DNA of 29,198 nucleotides from Planctomycetota bacterium. GTDB lineage: Bacteria > Planctomycetota > Phycisphaerae > Phycisphaerales > SM1A02. The notes under the pieces were generated by a model that ran no database searches, was not told where the DNA came from, and was given only the letters and a program-made list of their open reading frames with translations. Location of the stretch: contig JBEGNG010000025.1 of NCBI GenBank assembly GCA_041182645.1, forward strand, positions 1 through 29,198, written 5' to 3'. The translations under genes were made by a program, and so were the position numbers. Positions within the stretch are counted from its first letter, which is position 1, and each line of letters opens with the position of its first letter. This document shows positions 1 through 7,745 of this stretch, in pieces.

Positions 1-8
1 CCCCTGGA

Positions 9-500
9 TCACCAGGCGAAGTGCGCGAACGCCTTGTTGGCGTCGGCCATCTTGTGGGTGTTCTCGCGCGTCTGCACCGACTTGCCCTCGTTGCGGGCCG
101 AGTCCATGATTTCCTTGCTCAGGCGCTGGGCGATCGGCTTGCCCTTCTCGTCGCGGGCGGCGCCGATGATCCAGCGGAACGCCAGGCTCTGCGCGCGGCG
201 CTTGGAGAGCTGCATCGGCACCTGGTAGTTCGCACCGCCGACGCGCTTGGAGCGCACTTCGACGCTGGGGCGCACGTTCTCGAGCGCCAGGTGGAAGACC
301 TCGATCGCGGTCTTGGGGAGCGCGTCGGACTTGTCCTTGTCCAGGCGGGCCTGGATGACGTCGAACGCGTCGTAGACGGCGCGCATGGCGGTCGCCTTCT
401 TGCCGTCTTCCATGATGCAGTTGATGAACTTGGCCACGACCAGGTCCTGGTAGCGGGGGTCGGGCTTGAGCTGCTTCTCGCTGGCGGTGAAACGTGCCAT
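9..500 (-). CDS. rpsG: 30S ribosomal protein S7
   Basis: Contains SVEVRSKRVGGANYQVP, LAFRWII and C-terminal HKMADANKAFAHF; lies downstream of rpsL; GAGGA 7 nt before the ATG. Confidence 0.98.
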   Translation of the reverse strand: MARFTASEKQLKPDPRYQDLVVAKFINCIMEDGKKATAMRAVYDAFDVIQARLDKDKSDALPKTAIEVFHLALENVRPSVEVRSKRVGGANYQVPMQLSKRRAQSLAFRWIIGAARDEKGKPIAQRLSKEIMDSARNEGKSVQTRENTHKMADANKAFAHFAW

Positions 501-675
501 CTCTGGGTCCTCTGGGCCATCGGCCCGGTGTGGTTCACGATGCTCGGGCGCTGGTCATGCCCGGACTGGGGAGCATCGTTACTGGGGTTGTCGCAGGCGA
601 CCGGCCTGCACGGCCCGGGAGGATCCCGGGGCTGCTCCCGCGGTTGCCCGCGGGTGATTCATCATCGCCGGGCGA

Positions 676-1065
676 TCACTTCTTCTTGGCGGCCGCGGCC
701 TTCTTCTTCACGCCGTAGCACGAACGGCTCTTCTTGCGGCCATCGACGCCGAGGCAGTCGAGCGCGCCGCGCACGACGTGGTAGCGCACGCCGGGAAGGT
801 CGCGCACACGGCCGCCGCGCACGAGCACGATCGAGTGCTCCTGCAGGTTGTGGCCTTCGCCGCCGATGTAGGCGGTCACTTCACGGCCGTTGCTGAGGCG
901 CACGCGGCACACCTTGCGGAGCGCCGAGTTCGGCTTCTTGGGGCTGACCGTCTTCACCTGCAGGCACACGCCGCGCTTCTGCGGGCAGGCGGCAAGTTCG
1001 CGCACCTTGGACTTGGTGGCGGGTGAGCGGCGGGGCTTGCGAACGAGTTGGTTGATGGTCGGCAT
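676..1065 (-). CDS. rpsL: 30S ribosomal protein S12
   Basis: [29 protein letters not shown] and [13 protein letters not shown] are canonical S12 motifs. Confidence 0.99.
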   Translation of the reverse strand: MPTINQLVRKPRRSPATKSKVRELAACPQKRGVCLQVKTVSPKKPNSALRKVCRVRLSNGREVTAYIGGEGHNLQEHSIVLVRGGRVRDLPGVRYHVVRGALDCLGVDGRKKSRSCYGVKKKAAAAKKK

Positions 1066-1090
1066 TGGCGTTTGAAGTGAAGGGTCGACA

Positions 1091-1119
1091 AGACTAGCGA
1101 AGCCCGGCCGTCACTGCAA
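1091..1119 (-). promoter_or_regulatory. sigma70-type promoter for rpsL-rpsG (TTGCAG-N17-TAGTCT)
   Basis: Minus-strand TTGCAG at 1119-1114 and TAGTCT at 1096-1091, with a 17-nt spacer, upstream of the rpsL ATG. Confidence 0.6.
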
Positions 1120-1157
1120 CAGTCCGCTTCCGTGTTATGGGAAGACCCGTCCACTCC

Positions 1158-1185
1158 TTGACTTGCAGCACCGTTCCCCTAGACT
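1158..1185 (+). promoter_or_regulatory. sigma70-type promoter for rpmF-plsX-fabH-fabD (TTGACT-N16-TAGACT)
   Basis: TTGACT at 1158-1163 and TAGACT at 1180-1185; divergent from the rpsL promoter. Confidence 0.7.
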
Positions 1186-1239
1186 GCTTCGCTCGACACA
1201 GCGCGCCCCGTCGTGCGCGCCCTGACCACGGAGCCAGCC

Positions 1240-1425
1240 ATGAATCCCGCATTCCGTACCTCGCCCGGCCGCAAGCGCCGCCGTCGCGCGCACCAGGCCC
1301 TGAAGCCGGTGCACACCACCCTGTGCCCCAACTGCGGCGCCGCCAAGCGCCCGCACGCCTCATGCATGGCCTGCGGCTATGTCCGTCCCGGCCTGCAGCT
1401 GAAGCTCGGCGGCCAGGACGCCTAA
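1240..1425 (+). CDS. rpmF: 50S ribosomal protein L32 (zinc-ribbon form)
   Basis: Basic N-terminus (RTSPGRKRRRRAH), CPNC...CMAC zinc ribbon, GGAG before ATG 1240, and the conserved position immediately upstream of plsX. Confidence 0.92.
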   Translation: MNPAFRTSPGRKRRRRAHQALKPVHTTLCPNCGAAKRPHASCMACGYVRPGLQLKLGGQDA

Positions 1426-2442
1426 ATGCGCATCGGCGTCGACGTCATGGGGGGCGACAACGCCCCCGACGAGATCCTGAAGGGCGCCCTGCAGGCCCTT
1501 CCCCGCCTCGCCGACGACGACACGCTGGTGCTGCTGGGTGATCGCGGCGCCATCGAGGACACGCTCAGCGAGCGCGGCATCAAGGATCCGCGCATCGAGT
1601 GCGTCTTCACCACGCAGGTCATCGGCATGGATGAGTCGCCCGTCGACGGCATCCGCAACAAGGAAGACTCGTCGATCACGGTCATGAGCAAGATGGGCGC
1701 CCCCGGGCATGCCCAGCGGCTCGACGCGATCCTGAGCGCAGGCAACACCGGCGCGTGCGTCGCCGGCGCCCAGATGTACCTGCGCCGCCTGCCCGGCGTG
1801 ATCCGCCCCGGCATCGCCTGCACGATCCCCACCTTCGCCGGCCCCGTCGTGCTGATCGACGTGGGCGCGAACATCGAGCCCAAGCCCGCGCACCTGGCGC
1901 AGTACGGCGTCATGGGCGATGTCTACGCCCACGACATCCTCGGCATCAAGCAGCCCCGCGTCGCGCTGATGAACGTCGGCGGCGAGGCCAACAAGGGCAC
2001 GGCCGATGCGAAGGAAGCGCGTGAACTGCTCGAAGGCACGCCCAACATCAACTTCATCGGCTTCGTGGAAGGCCGCGGCGTCTTCGACGGCGAGGCCGAC
2101 GTGGTCATCACCAACGGCGTCGTGGGCAACGTCATGATCAAGCTCGCCGAGGGCCTCTCGGCCGGCATCTTTCGGGCGCTCGCCACGGAAGTGCTCGAGA
2201 TCGACCCGTCGCTCGCGGCGCGGCTCGACCCGGTCGTGAAGAGCCTCTACGCCAAGTACGACTACCACGAGTACGGCGGCGCGCCGCTGCTCGGCGTGAA
2301 CGGCACCTGCCTGATCAGCCACGGCTCGAGCCAGGCGCGGACCATCATGAATGCCGTGCTGCGCTGCAAGCAGTTCGTCGCCGCGGGGATCAACGACACG
2401 CTCGTCAAGCGCCTCGCGGCGTGCACGGCGGCCCAGGCATGA
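1426..2442 (+). CDS. plsX: phosphate acyltransferase PlsX
   Basis: MRIGVDVMGGDNAP, SAGNTGA, RPGIA, DVGAN, IEG-like VEGRG and GGAPLLGVNGTCLISHGSS motifs; follows rpmF with TAA-ATG abutting. Confidence 0.97.
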   Translation: MRIGVDVMGGDNAPDEILKGALQALPRLADDDTLVLLGDRGAIEDTLSERGIKDPRIECVFTTQVIGMDESPVDGIRNKEDSSITVMSKMGAPGHAQRLDAILSAGNTGACVAGAQMYLRRLPGVIRPGIACTIPTFAGPVVLIDVGANIEPKPAHLAQYGVMGDVYAHDILGIKQPRVALMNVGGEANKGTADAKEARELLEGTPNINFIGFVEGRGVFDGEADVVITNGVVGNVMIKLAEGLSAGIFRALATEVLEIDPSLAARLDPVVKSLYAKYDYHEYGGAPLLGVNGTCLISHGSSQARTIMNAVLRCKQFVAAGINDTLVKRLAACTAAQA

Positions 2443-3426
2443 CCCGCCCCGCGCCGTGCGGCGTCAGGCTCGCGGGCACCGGATCCGCCGTCCCCGACAA
2501 GCGCCTCACCAACAACGACCTCGCGCGCATCCTCGACACGAGCGACGACTGGATCGCGCAGCGCACGGGGATCCGCGAACGCCGCGTCTCGGCGGGCGCG
2601 CTCGACCCGGTCTTCAACCTGAGCTGCCAGGCAGGCCAGCGCGCGCTCGACATGGCCCGACATCGACCTCGTCATCCTGGGCACCGTCAGCGGCGAGATG
2701 CTCTGCCCGAGCACCGCATGCCGCGTCGCGGCCGCGCTCGGCGCCACGCCGGCGGGTGCGTTCGACATCGCGGCCGCATGCAGCGGCTTCGTCTACTCGG
2801 TCAACATCGCCGACTCGATCATCCGTGCCGGCCGCGCCAGGCGCGTGCTCGCCATCGGCTGCGATGCCATCTCGTCGGTCGTCGACTACACCGACCGCAC
2901 GGTGAGCATCCTCTTCGGCGATGCCGCGGGCGCCGTGGTGCTCGAGCGCTGCGACGACGCGTCCAAGGGCTGCCGCTACCAGACCATGAGCGCCGACGGC
3001 GCGAACTGGCAGCACCTCTACATGCCGTACCGGCCCGACATCGTGCCCGAGTGCGACCGCATGAACCCGATCCGCCTGGGCAACCTGCGCATGAACGGCC
3101 GCGAGGTCTACAAGTTCGCGGTCAACCGCTTCCGCGAGGTGATCGAGGACGCCTTCAAGCAGACCGGCCTGACCGTCGACGACGTCAGCCAGGTGATCTG
3201 CCACCAGTCCAACGCGCGCATCATCGAGAGCGCGATCGAGAAGCTGAACCTGCCGCGCGAGAAGGTCCTGGTCAACATCGACCGCTACGGCAACACGAGC
3301 GCGGGTTCGGTGGGCCTCTGCCTTGACGAACTGAACCGCGCGGGCAAGACTCCCGACGGCCAGCCCTTCATCATGGTCGCCTTCGGCGGCGGCCTGACCT
3401 GGGCGAGCTGCGTGTGGGACAAGTGA
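2439..3426 (+). CDS. fabH: 3-oxoacyl-ACP synthase III, interrupted by an apparent frameshift at about 2657-2658
   Basis: ATGA overlap with plsX. The N-part (GTGSAVPDKRLTNNDL...DTSDDWIAQRTGIRERR) is in one frame. The remainder (DIDLVILGT, AACSGF, LFGDAAGA, CHQSN, GNTSAGS, FGGGLTW) is in the +1 frame and carries the Cys-His-Asn triad. Confidence 0.93.
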
Positions 3427-3469
3427 CGCACCCTGCCGGCGCCCGCGTCGGCACCAACCAGGAGCCATC

Positions 3470-4414
3470 ATGAGCCAGACCGTCCTCCTCTGCCCCGGAC
3501 AAGGCGCGCAATCGATCGGCATGGGCACCGCCTGGGGCGCATCGAGCGCCGCCGCGCGCGCCGTCATCGATGCCGCCGACCGCGCGACCTCGCTGCCCAT
3601 CGGCAAGGCCCTCTCGGCCGTCTGCGCCGAAGGCCCGCAGGACCAACTGAGCCGCACCGACATCAGTCAGCCCGCGCTCTACACCGTGGGTGTGGCGTGC
3701 GCCGCCGCCATGCGCGAGCGCGCTCCCCTGTCGCTCGCCGCGGCAGCGGGGCTCTCGCTGGGCGAGTACACCGCGCTGCACCTGGCCGGAGCGTTCAGCT
3801 TCGAGGATGGCCTTCGACTGGTCGCCCTGCGCGGCCGCTTCATGCAGGAAGCCGCCGAGGCGAGCCAGGGCGGCATGGTCGCCCTGATCGGCGCCGACGA
3901 GGAGAAGGCGCTCGAGGTCTGCGCCAAGGCCGCACAGGGCGAGGTGCTCGTGTGCGCCAACTTCAATGCCCCCGGGCAGATCGTGCTCAGCGGCCACGCC
4001 ACGGCCTGCGACCGGGCGGTCACCGTCGCCGGCGACCTGGGCCTTCGGGCGACCAAGCTCGTCGTTGCCGGAGCCTTCCACAGCCCCCTGATGCAGCCGG
4101 CCGCCGAACGTCTGGCCAAGGCGCTGGACGAAACGGCGTTCTCGGGCCCGTCCTGCCCGGTCTGGAGCAACGTCACGGCGCGGCCCCACGGCAACGACCC
4201 CGCCACCATCAAGCGGCTCCTGGTCGAGCAGCTCACGGCCCCCGTCCGCTGGAGCCAATCCTGCACCGACCTGATCGCCGCGATGCGCTCGGCGGGTACA
4301 GTGGTGGCGTACCGCGAGGTCGCTCCGGGCACCGTCCTGAAGGGCCTCATGAAGCGGATCGACCGAACCTGCGAGGTGACCAGCCATGACCAGCCCGACC
4401 CCGTCACTGCCTGA
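3470..4414 (+). CDS. fabD: malonyl-CoA:ACP transacylase
   Basis: CPGQGAQ, SQPAL, GLSLGEY nucleophile motif, RGRFMQ, ANFNAPGQIVLSG, AFHSPLM and PVRW; AGGAG Shine-Dalgarno (SD) sequence. Confidence 0.97.
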   Translation: MSQTVLLCPGQGAQSIGMGTAWGASSAAARAVIDAADRATSLPIGKALSAVCAEGPQDQLSRTDISQPALYTVGVACAAAMRERAPLSLAAAAGLSLGEYTALHLAGAFSFEDGLRLVALRGRFMQEAAEASQGGMVALIGADEEKALEVCAKAAQGEVLVCANFNAPGQIVLSGHATACDRAVTVAGDLGLRATKLVVAGAFHSPLMQPAAERLAKALDETAFSGPSCPVWSNVTARPHGNDPATIKRLLVEQLTAPVRWSQSCTDLIAAMRSAGTVVAYREVAPGTVLKGLMKRIDRTCEVTSHDQPDPVTA

Positions 4415-5177
4415 CCTGCTGCGCGCCGCCGCGCTGCTTGCGCCGCTCGCCCTCGCCGCGTGCGGCGAAGAAGCCCCGCCGCCACCGCCGCCGGTCGTCC
4501 AGGCCGAGCCCGAGCCGCCGCCGCCGCCGCCGGCCCCCGCGGTCACGAGCATCGCCGAGCTGATGGAGCGCTACGGCATCGACAAGCGCGTGAACCTGCC
4601 CGAGGACCTGGCCCCGCCGGCCGACCCCGAGCGCATCGCCATGCTCAAGTTCATGGACGGCGTCGTCCGCGGCGAGCAGGCCAAGGTCGAGCCGATGCTC
4701 GGTGACGACGACAAGGCGATCCTCAAGGAGATGATCGACGACGGCTCCTGGAAGCGCGCCACCGAGAACGTGACCAAGGCCGATTGCCGCTGGGGCAAGA
4801 GCCCCGATGGAACCGATTGCGCGCTGGCCGTCTTCTCGTACTCGGCCGGCGACGACCAGGTCGCCCTGTGGACCTTCACCGCGACCGAGGACGAGAGCGG
4901 CACCTTCACCGCCGAGGCCTGCCTGCCCGGCATGATCGATCGCCTCTCGGGCGACGACTGGGTGAAGGCATGGTTCGACGTCGTATCGAAGTACCTCGCC
5001 CGGGCCGACGAGCCCGAGGAAGTGGTCGCTCCGCCGCAGAAGAACGTGCAGACCGAAGGCGACAGCGAGACCCCGAAGATGGGTTCCGGCGTCGGCGGCG
5101 GCGGTGCTCCGATGCGCCGCAAGATCGTTCCGGGCGGCGTGCCCGCGCCTTCGGGACCCAGCCCGACCGGCAACTGA
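4386..5177 (+). CDS. hypothetical lipoprotein with Pro-rich linkers
   Basis: Hydrophobic N-region ending LALAA-C (lipobox), then a poly-Pro linker, an acidic globular core and a Gly/Pro-rich tail. High-GC3 codon usage. Overlaps the fabD 3' end by 29 nt. Confidence 0.75.
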   Translation: MTSPTPSLPDLLRAAALLAPLALAACGEEAPPPPPPVVQAEPEPPPPPPAPAVTSIAELMERYGIDKRVNLPEDLAPPADPERIAMLKFMDGVVRGEQAKVEPMLGDDDKAILKEMIDDGSWKRATENVTKADCRWGKSPDGTDCALAVFSYSAGDDQVALWTFTATEDESGTFTAEACLPGMIDRLSGDDWVKAWFDVVSKYLARADEPEEVVAPPQKNVQTEGDSETPKMGSGVGGGGAPMRRKIVPGGVPAPSGPSPTGN

Positions 5178-5194
5178 GCCCGCCCTGCGGGGCG

Positions 5195-5929
5195 TCACAT
5201 CGTCATGCCGCCGTCCACCACCAGCACGTGGCCGGTCAGGTAGCCGGCCTCGTCCGAGCTGATGTACGCACAGGCTGCCGCGATGTCATCCGGCGTGCCG
5301 AAGCGGCGGACCGGGATGTGCTCGATGGCCTTGTCCTTCACCATCTGGGGCAGCGCATCGGTCATGTCGGTGGCGATGAAGCCCGGCGCGATCACGTTGG
5401 CCGTGATCCCCTTCGAACCGAGTTCCTGCGCGATCGTCTTGGTCAGGCCGATCACGCCCGCCTTGGCCGCCGCGTAGTTGGCCTGGCCCGCATTGCCGCT
5501 GATCCCGCTGACGGAACCGACGTTGACGATGCGGCCCCACTTGCCGCGCAGCATGTGGCGGCTCGCGGCGCGGCAGCCGGCGAAGCAGCTGCGCAGGTTC
5601 ACCGAGAGGACCGTGTCGAAATCCTCGTCGCTCATGCGCAGGATCAGGCCGTCGCGGGTGATGCCCGCGTTGTTCACGAGGATGTCCAGGCGGCCGTGCG
5701 CCGACGCGACGTCCTCGACGAGCTGCGCCCAGGCTGCGGCATCGGCGAGGTCGCACGATCGGGCCTCCGCACTGCCGCCCGCGGCGGTGATCGCCGAGAC
5801 GACCTCGGCGAGGGCGTCGGCGTTGCGCGCGACCGCGACGACGTGGCGGCCGTCACGGGCGAGACGGAGGGCGATGGCCTTGCCGATGCCTCGGCTGGCT
5901 CCGGTGACGATGGCGACGCGGCGTTCGAT
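5195..5929 (-). CDS. fabG: 3-oxoacyl-ACP reductase (start apparently ATC at 5929)
   Basis: VTGASRGIG, LVNNAGITRD, GNAGQANYAAAK (YxxxK), APGFIATDMT and VDGG motifs. AGGA lies 7 nt before ATC 5929, giving 244 aa. The start position is uncertain. Confidence 0.93.
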   Translation of the reverse strand: MERRVAIVTGASRGIGKAIALRLARDGRHVVAVARNADALAEVVSAITAAGGSAEARSCDLADAAAWAQLVEDVASAHGRLDILVNNAGITRDGLILRMSDEDFDTVLSVNLRSCFAGCRAASRHMLRGKWGRIVNVGSVSGISGNAGQANYAAAKAGVIGLTKTIAQELGSKGITANVIAPGFIATDMTDALPQMVKDKAIEHIPVRRFGTPDDIAAACAYISSDEAGYLTGHVLVVDGGMTM

Positions 5930-5970
5930 GACGGGATCCTTTCCTCTGGGCGCCGAGGGCGCACGGTCCG

Positions 5971-5976
5971 AGTGTA
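5971..5976 (-). promoter_or_regulatory. putative -10 element (TACACT) for fabG
   Basis: Minus-strand TACACT about 40 nt upstream of the fabG coding start, in the fabG/acpP divergent spacer. Confidence 0.5.
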
Positions 5977-6015
5977 TCGGGCTCGATGCGCCCCGACGGG
6001 ATTCCCGGACACCGC

Positions 6016-6021
6016 TATACT
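6016..6021 (+). promoter_or_regulatory. putative -10 element (TATACT) for acpP
   Basis: Near-consensus TATACT in GC-rich DNA, 40 nt upstream of the acpP TTG start. Confidence 0.6.
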
Positions 6022-6061
6022 CCGCCCCCACGGCATGTCGCCGTTGCAGGAGGCAACCCCT

Positions 6062-6313
6062 TTGACCGAAGCAGAGATTGAAGCCAAGGTGATCAACATC
6101 ATCGCTGACAAGATCAAGGTCGAGAAGGCCGAGATCAAGCGCGAGACGAACTTCATGACCGACCTGAACGCCGACAGCCTCGACATGGTCGAGCTGCTGA
6201 TGGCCTTCGAGGAGGAGTTCGGCACCAAGATCCCCGAAGGCGACAGCGAGAAGCTGCAGACCGTCGGCCTGGCCATCGACTACATCAAGCAGCGCAAGGC
6301 CGCAGGCGGCTGA
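6062..6313 (+). CDS. acpP: acyl carrier protein (TTG start)
   Basis: DLNADSLDMVELLMAFEEEFG contains the phosphopantetheine Ser; AGGAGG SD lies about 8 nt before TTG 6062; 83 aa. Confidence 0.96.
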   Translation: MTEAEIEAKVINIIADKIKVEKAEIKRETNFMTDLNADSLDMVELLMAFEEEFGTKIPEGDSEKLQTVGLAIDYIKQRKAAGG

Positions 6314-6401
6314 TCCCCGCCGTCGGGAGCCGCCCGCCCGGGTCCGCCCGGGTCCAAGGCGCTGCCGCGGGCCCACGGCCCGACCCCGAGTGATTGCATG
6401 C

Positions 6402-6438
6402 CAGGGAGGGCGTTCCGACGCCCTCCCTGCTGCTTTTG
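6402..6438 (+). terminator. intrinsic terminator-like hairpin between acpP and fabF
   Basis: Perfect 12-bp stem CAGGGAGGGCGT / ACGCCCTCCCTG with a TCCG loop, followed by CTGCTTTTG. Confidence 0.7.
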
Positions 6439-6455
6439 TGTAGGTTCTCCGGTCC

Positions 6456-7712
6456 ATGCGCACCCTGACCCTGCGACGCGTCGTGGTCACCGGCCTCGGC
6501 GCCGTGACCGACTGCGGCCACTCCGCCCCCGCCACCTGGGATTCGATGATCCACGGCCGATCCGGGATCGGCCCGGTGACCGCCTTCCAGCAGAGCGGCG
6601 ACTGGTCCGTGACCTTCGGCGGCGAGGTCCGCAACCTCGACTTCACCAAGGTGCTCGACCCGCGCGACGCCAAGCGCATGGACCGCTACTGCATCTTCGG
6701 CTACACGGCGGCCTGCGAGGCTGCGGCCGACAGCGGCATCGACTTCACCGCCGGCGACCCCTACCGCCGCGGCGTGGCCATCGGCAGCGGCATCGGCGGC
6801 ATCGAGACGATCGAGCAGGGCATCAACAAGATCGCCCAGTCGGGTCCACGCATGGTGAACCCGTTCACCGTGCCCAAGCTCATGCTGAACTCCTGCTCCG
6901 GCCACGTGAGCATCCGGTTCGGCCTGCGCGGCGCGAACGTCGCGACGGCGACCGCCTGCGCCAGCGGCAGCCACGCGATCGGCGCCGCGTATCACTTCAT
7001 CCAGCGCGGTGACGCCGACGTCATGATCGCCGGCGGCGCCGAAGGATCCGTCACCCAGCTCTGCATGGCGAGCTTCGCCGCCATGAAGGCGCTGAGCACC
7101 CGCAACGACGCCCCCACCGAGGCGAGCCGCCCGTTCGACCGCGACCGCGACGGCTTCGTGCTCTCCGAGGGCGCCGGGGTGATCGTGCTCGAGGAACTCG
7201 AGCACGCCAAGGCCCGCGGCGCAAGGATCTACGCGGAACTCGTCGGCTACGGGGTGAGCGGTGATGCCCACCACATCGCGGCGCCGGATCCGGCGGGTGC
7301 CGGCGCGCAGCGCGCCATGATCAACGCCCTGGCCGATGCGCAGCTCGCACCGGACGCCATCGGCTACATCAATGCCCACGGCACGAGCACGCCGCTGGGC
7401 GATGCCGCCGAGGTCGCTGCCGTGAAGCAGGTCTTCGGTCATCACGCGACGAAGCTCTCGGTCAGCAGCACCAAGGGCGTCACGGGGCACGGGCTCGGCG
7501 CCGCCGGCGGCATCGAGACGGTGGCCACGGTCATGGCCGTCAAGAGCGGCATCCTGCCGCCGACGATCAACCTGCACAGCCCCGACGAGGGGTTCGACCT
7601 GGACTTCGTGCCCAACCACGCCAAGGAGCGTTCGATCCGCCACGCGATCAACAACTCCTTCGGCTTCGGGGGCCACAACACCAGCCTGATCTTCGCGCGC
7701 TTCGAAGGCTGA
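6456..7712 (+). CDS. fabF: 3-oxoacyl-ACP synthase II
   Basis: RRVVVTGLG, ATACASG (Cys), INAHGTST (His), GHGLGAAG (His) and NSFGFGGHN. Confidence 0.97.
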   Translation: MRTLTLRRVVVTGLGAVTDCGHSAPATWDSMIHGRSGIGPVTAFQQSGDWSVTFGGEVRNLDFTKVLDPRDAKRMDRYCIFGYTAACEAAADSGIDFTAGDPYRRGVAIGSGIGGIETIEQGINKIAQSGPRMVNPFTVPKLMLNSCSGHVSIRFGLRGANVATATACASGSHAIGAAYHFIQRGDADVMIAGGAEGSVTQLCMASFAAMKALSTRNDAPTEASRPFDRDRDGFVLSEGAGVIVLEELEHAKARGARIYAELVGYGVSGDAHHIAAPDPAGAGAQRAMINALADAQLAPDAIGYINAHGTSTPLGDAAEVAAVKQVFGHHATKLSVSSTKGVTGHGLGAAGGIETVATVMAVKSGILPPTINLHSPDEGFDLDFVPNHAKERSIRHAINNSFGFGGHNTSLIFARFEG

Positions 7713-7745
7713 CGCCGCCGGGCGGACGGAATCTGCACGGGCCGG

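Noticed and set aside
2649-2670. Programmed ribosomal frameshifting as the explanation for the fabH, transglutaminase or leuS breaks
   Set aside because: There is no X XXY YYZ heptamer or prfB-like site, and conserved residues are missing, which recoding would not restore.
6335-6354. 10-bp tandem duplication CGCCCGGGTC x2 after acpP
   Set aside because: Only two GC-only copies with no spacers; not a CRISPR array or a meaningful repeat.
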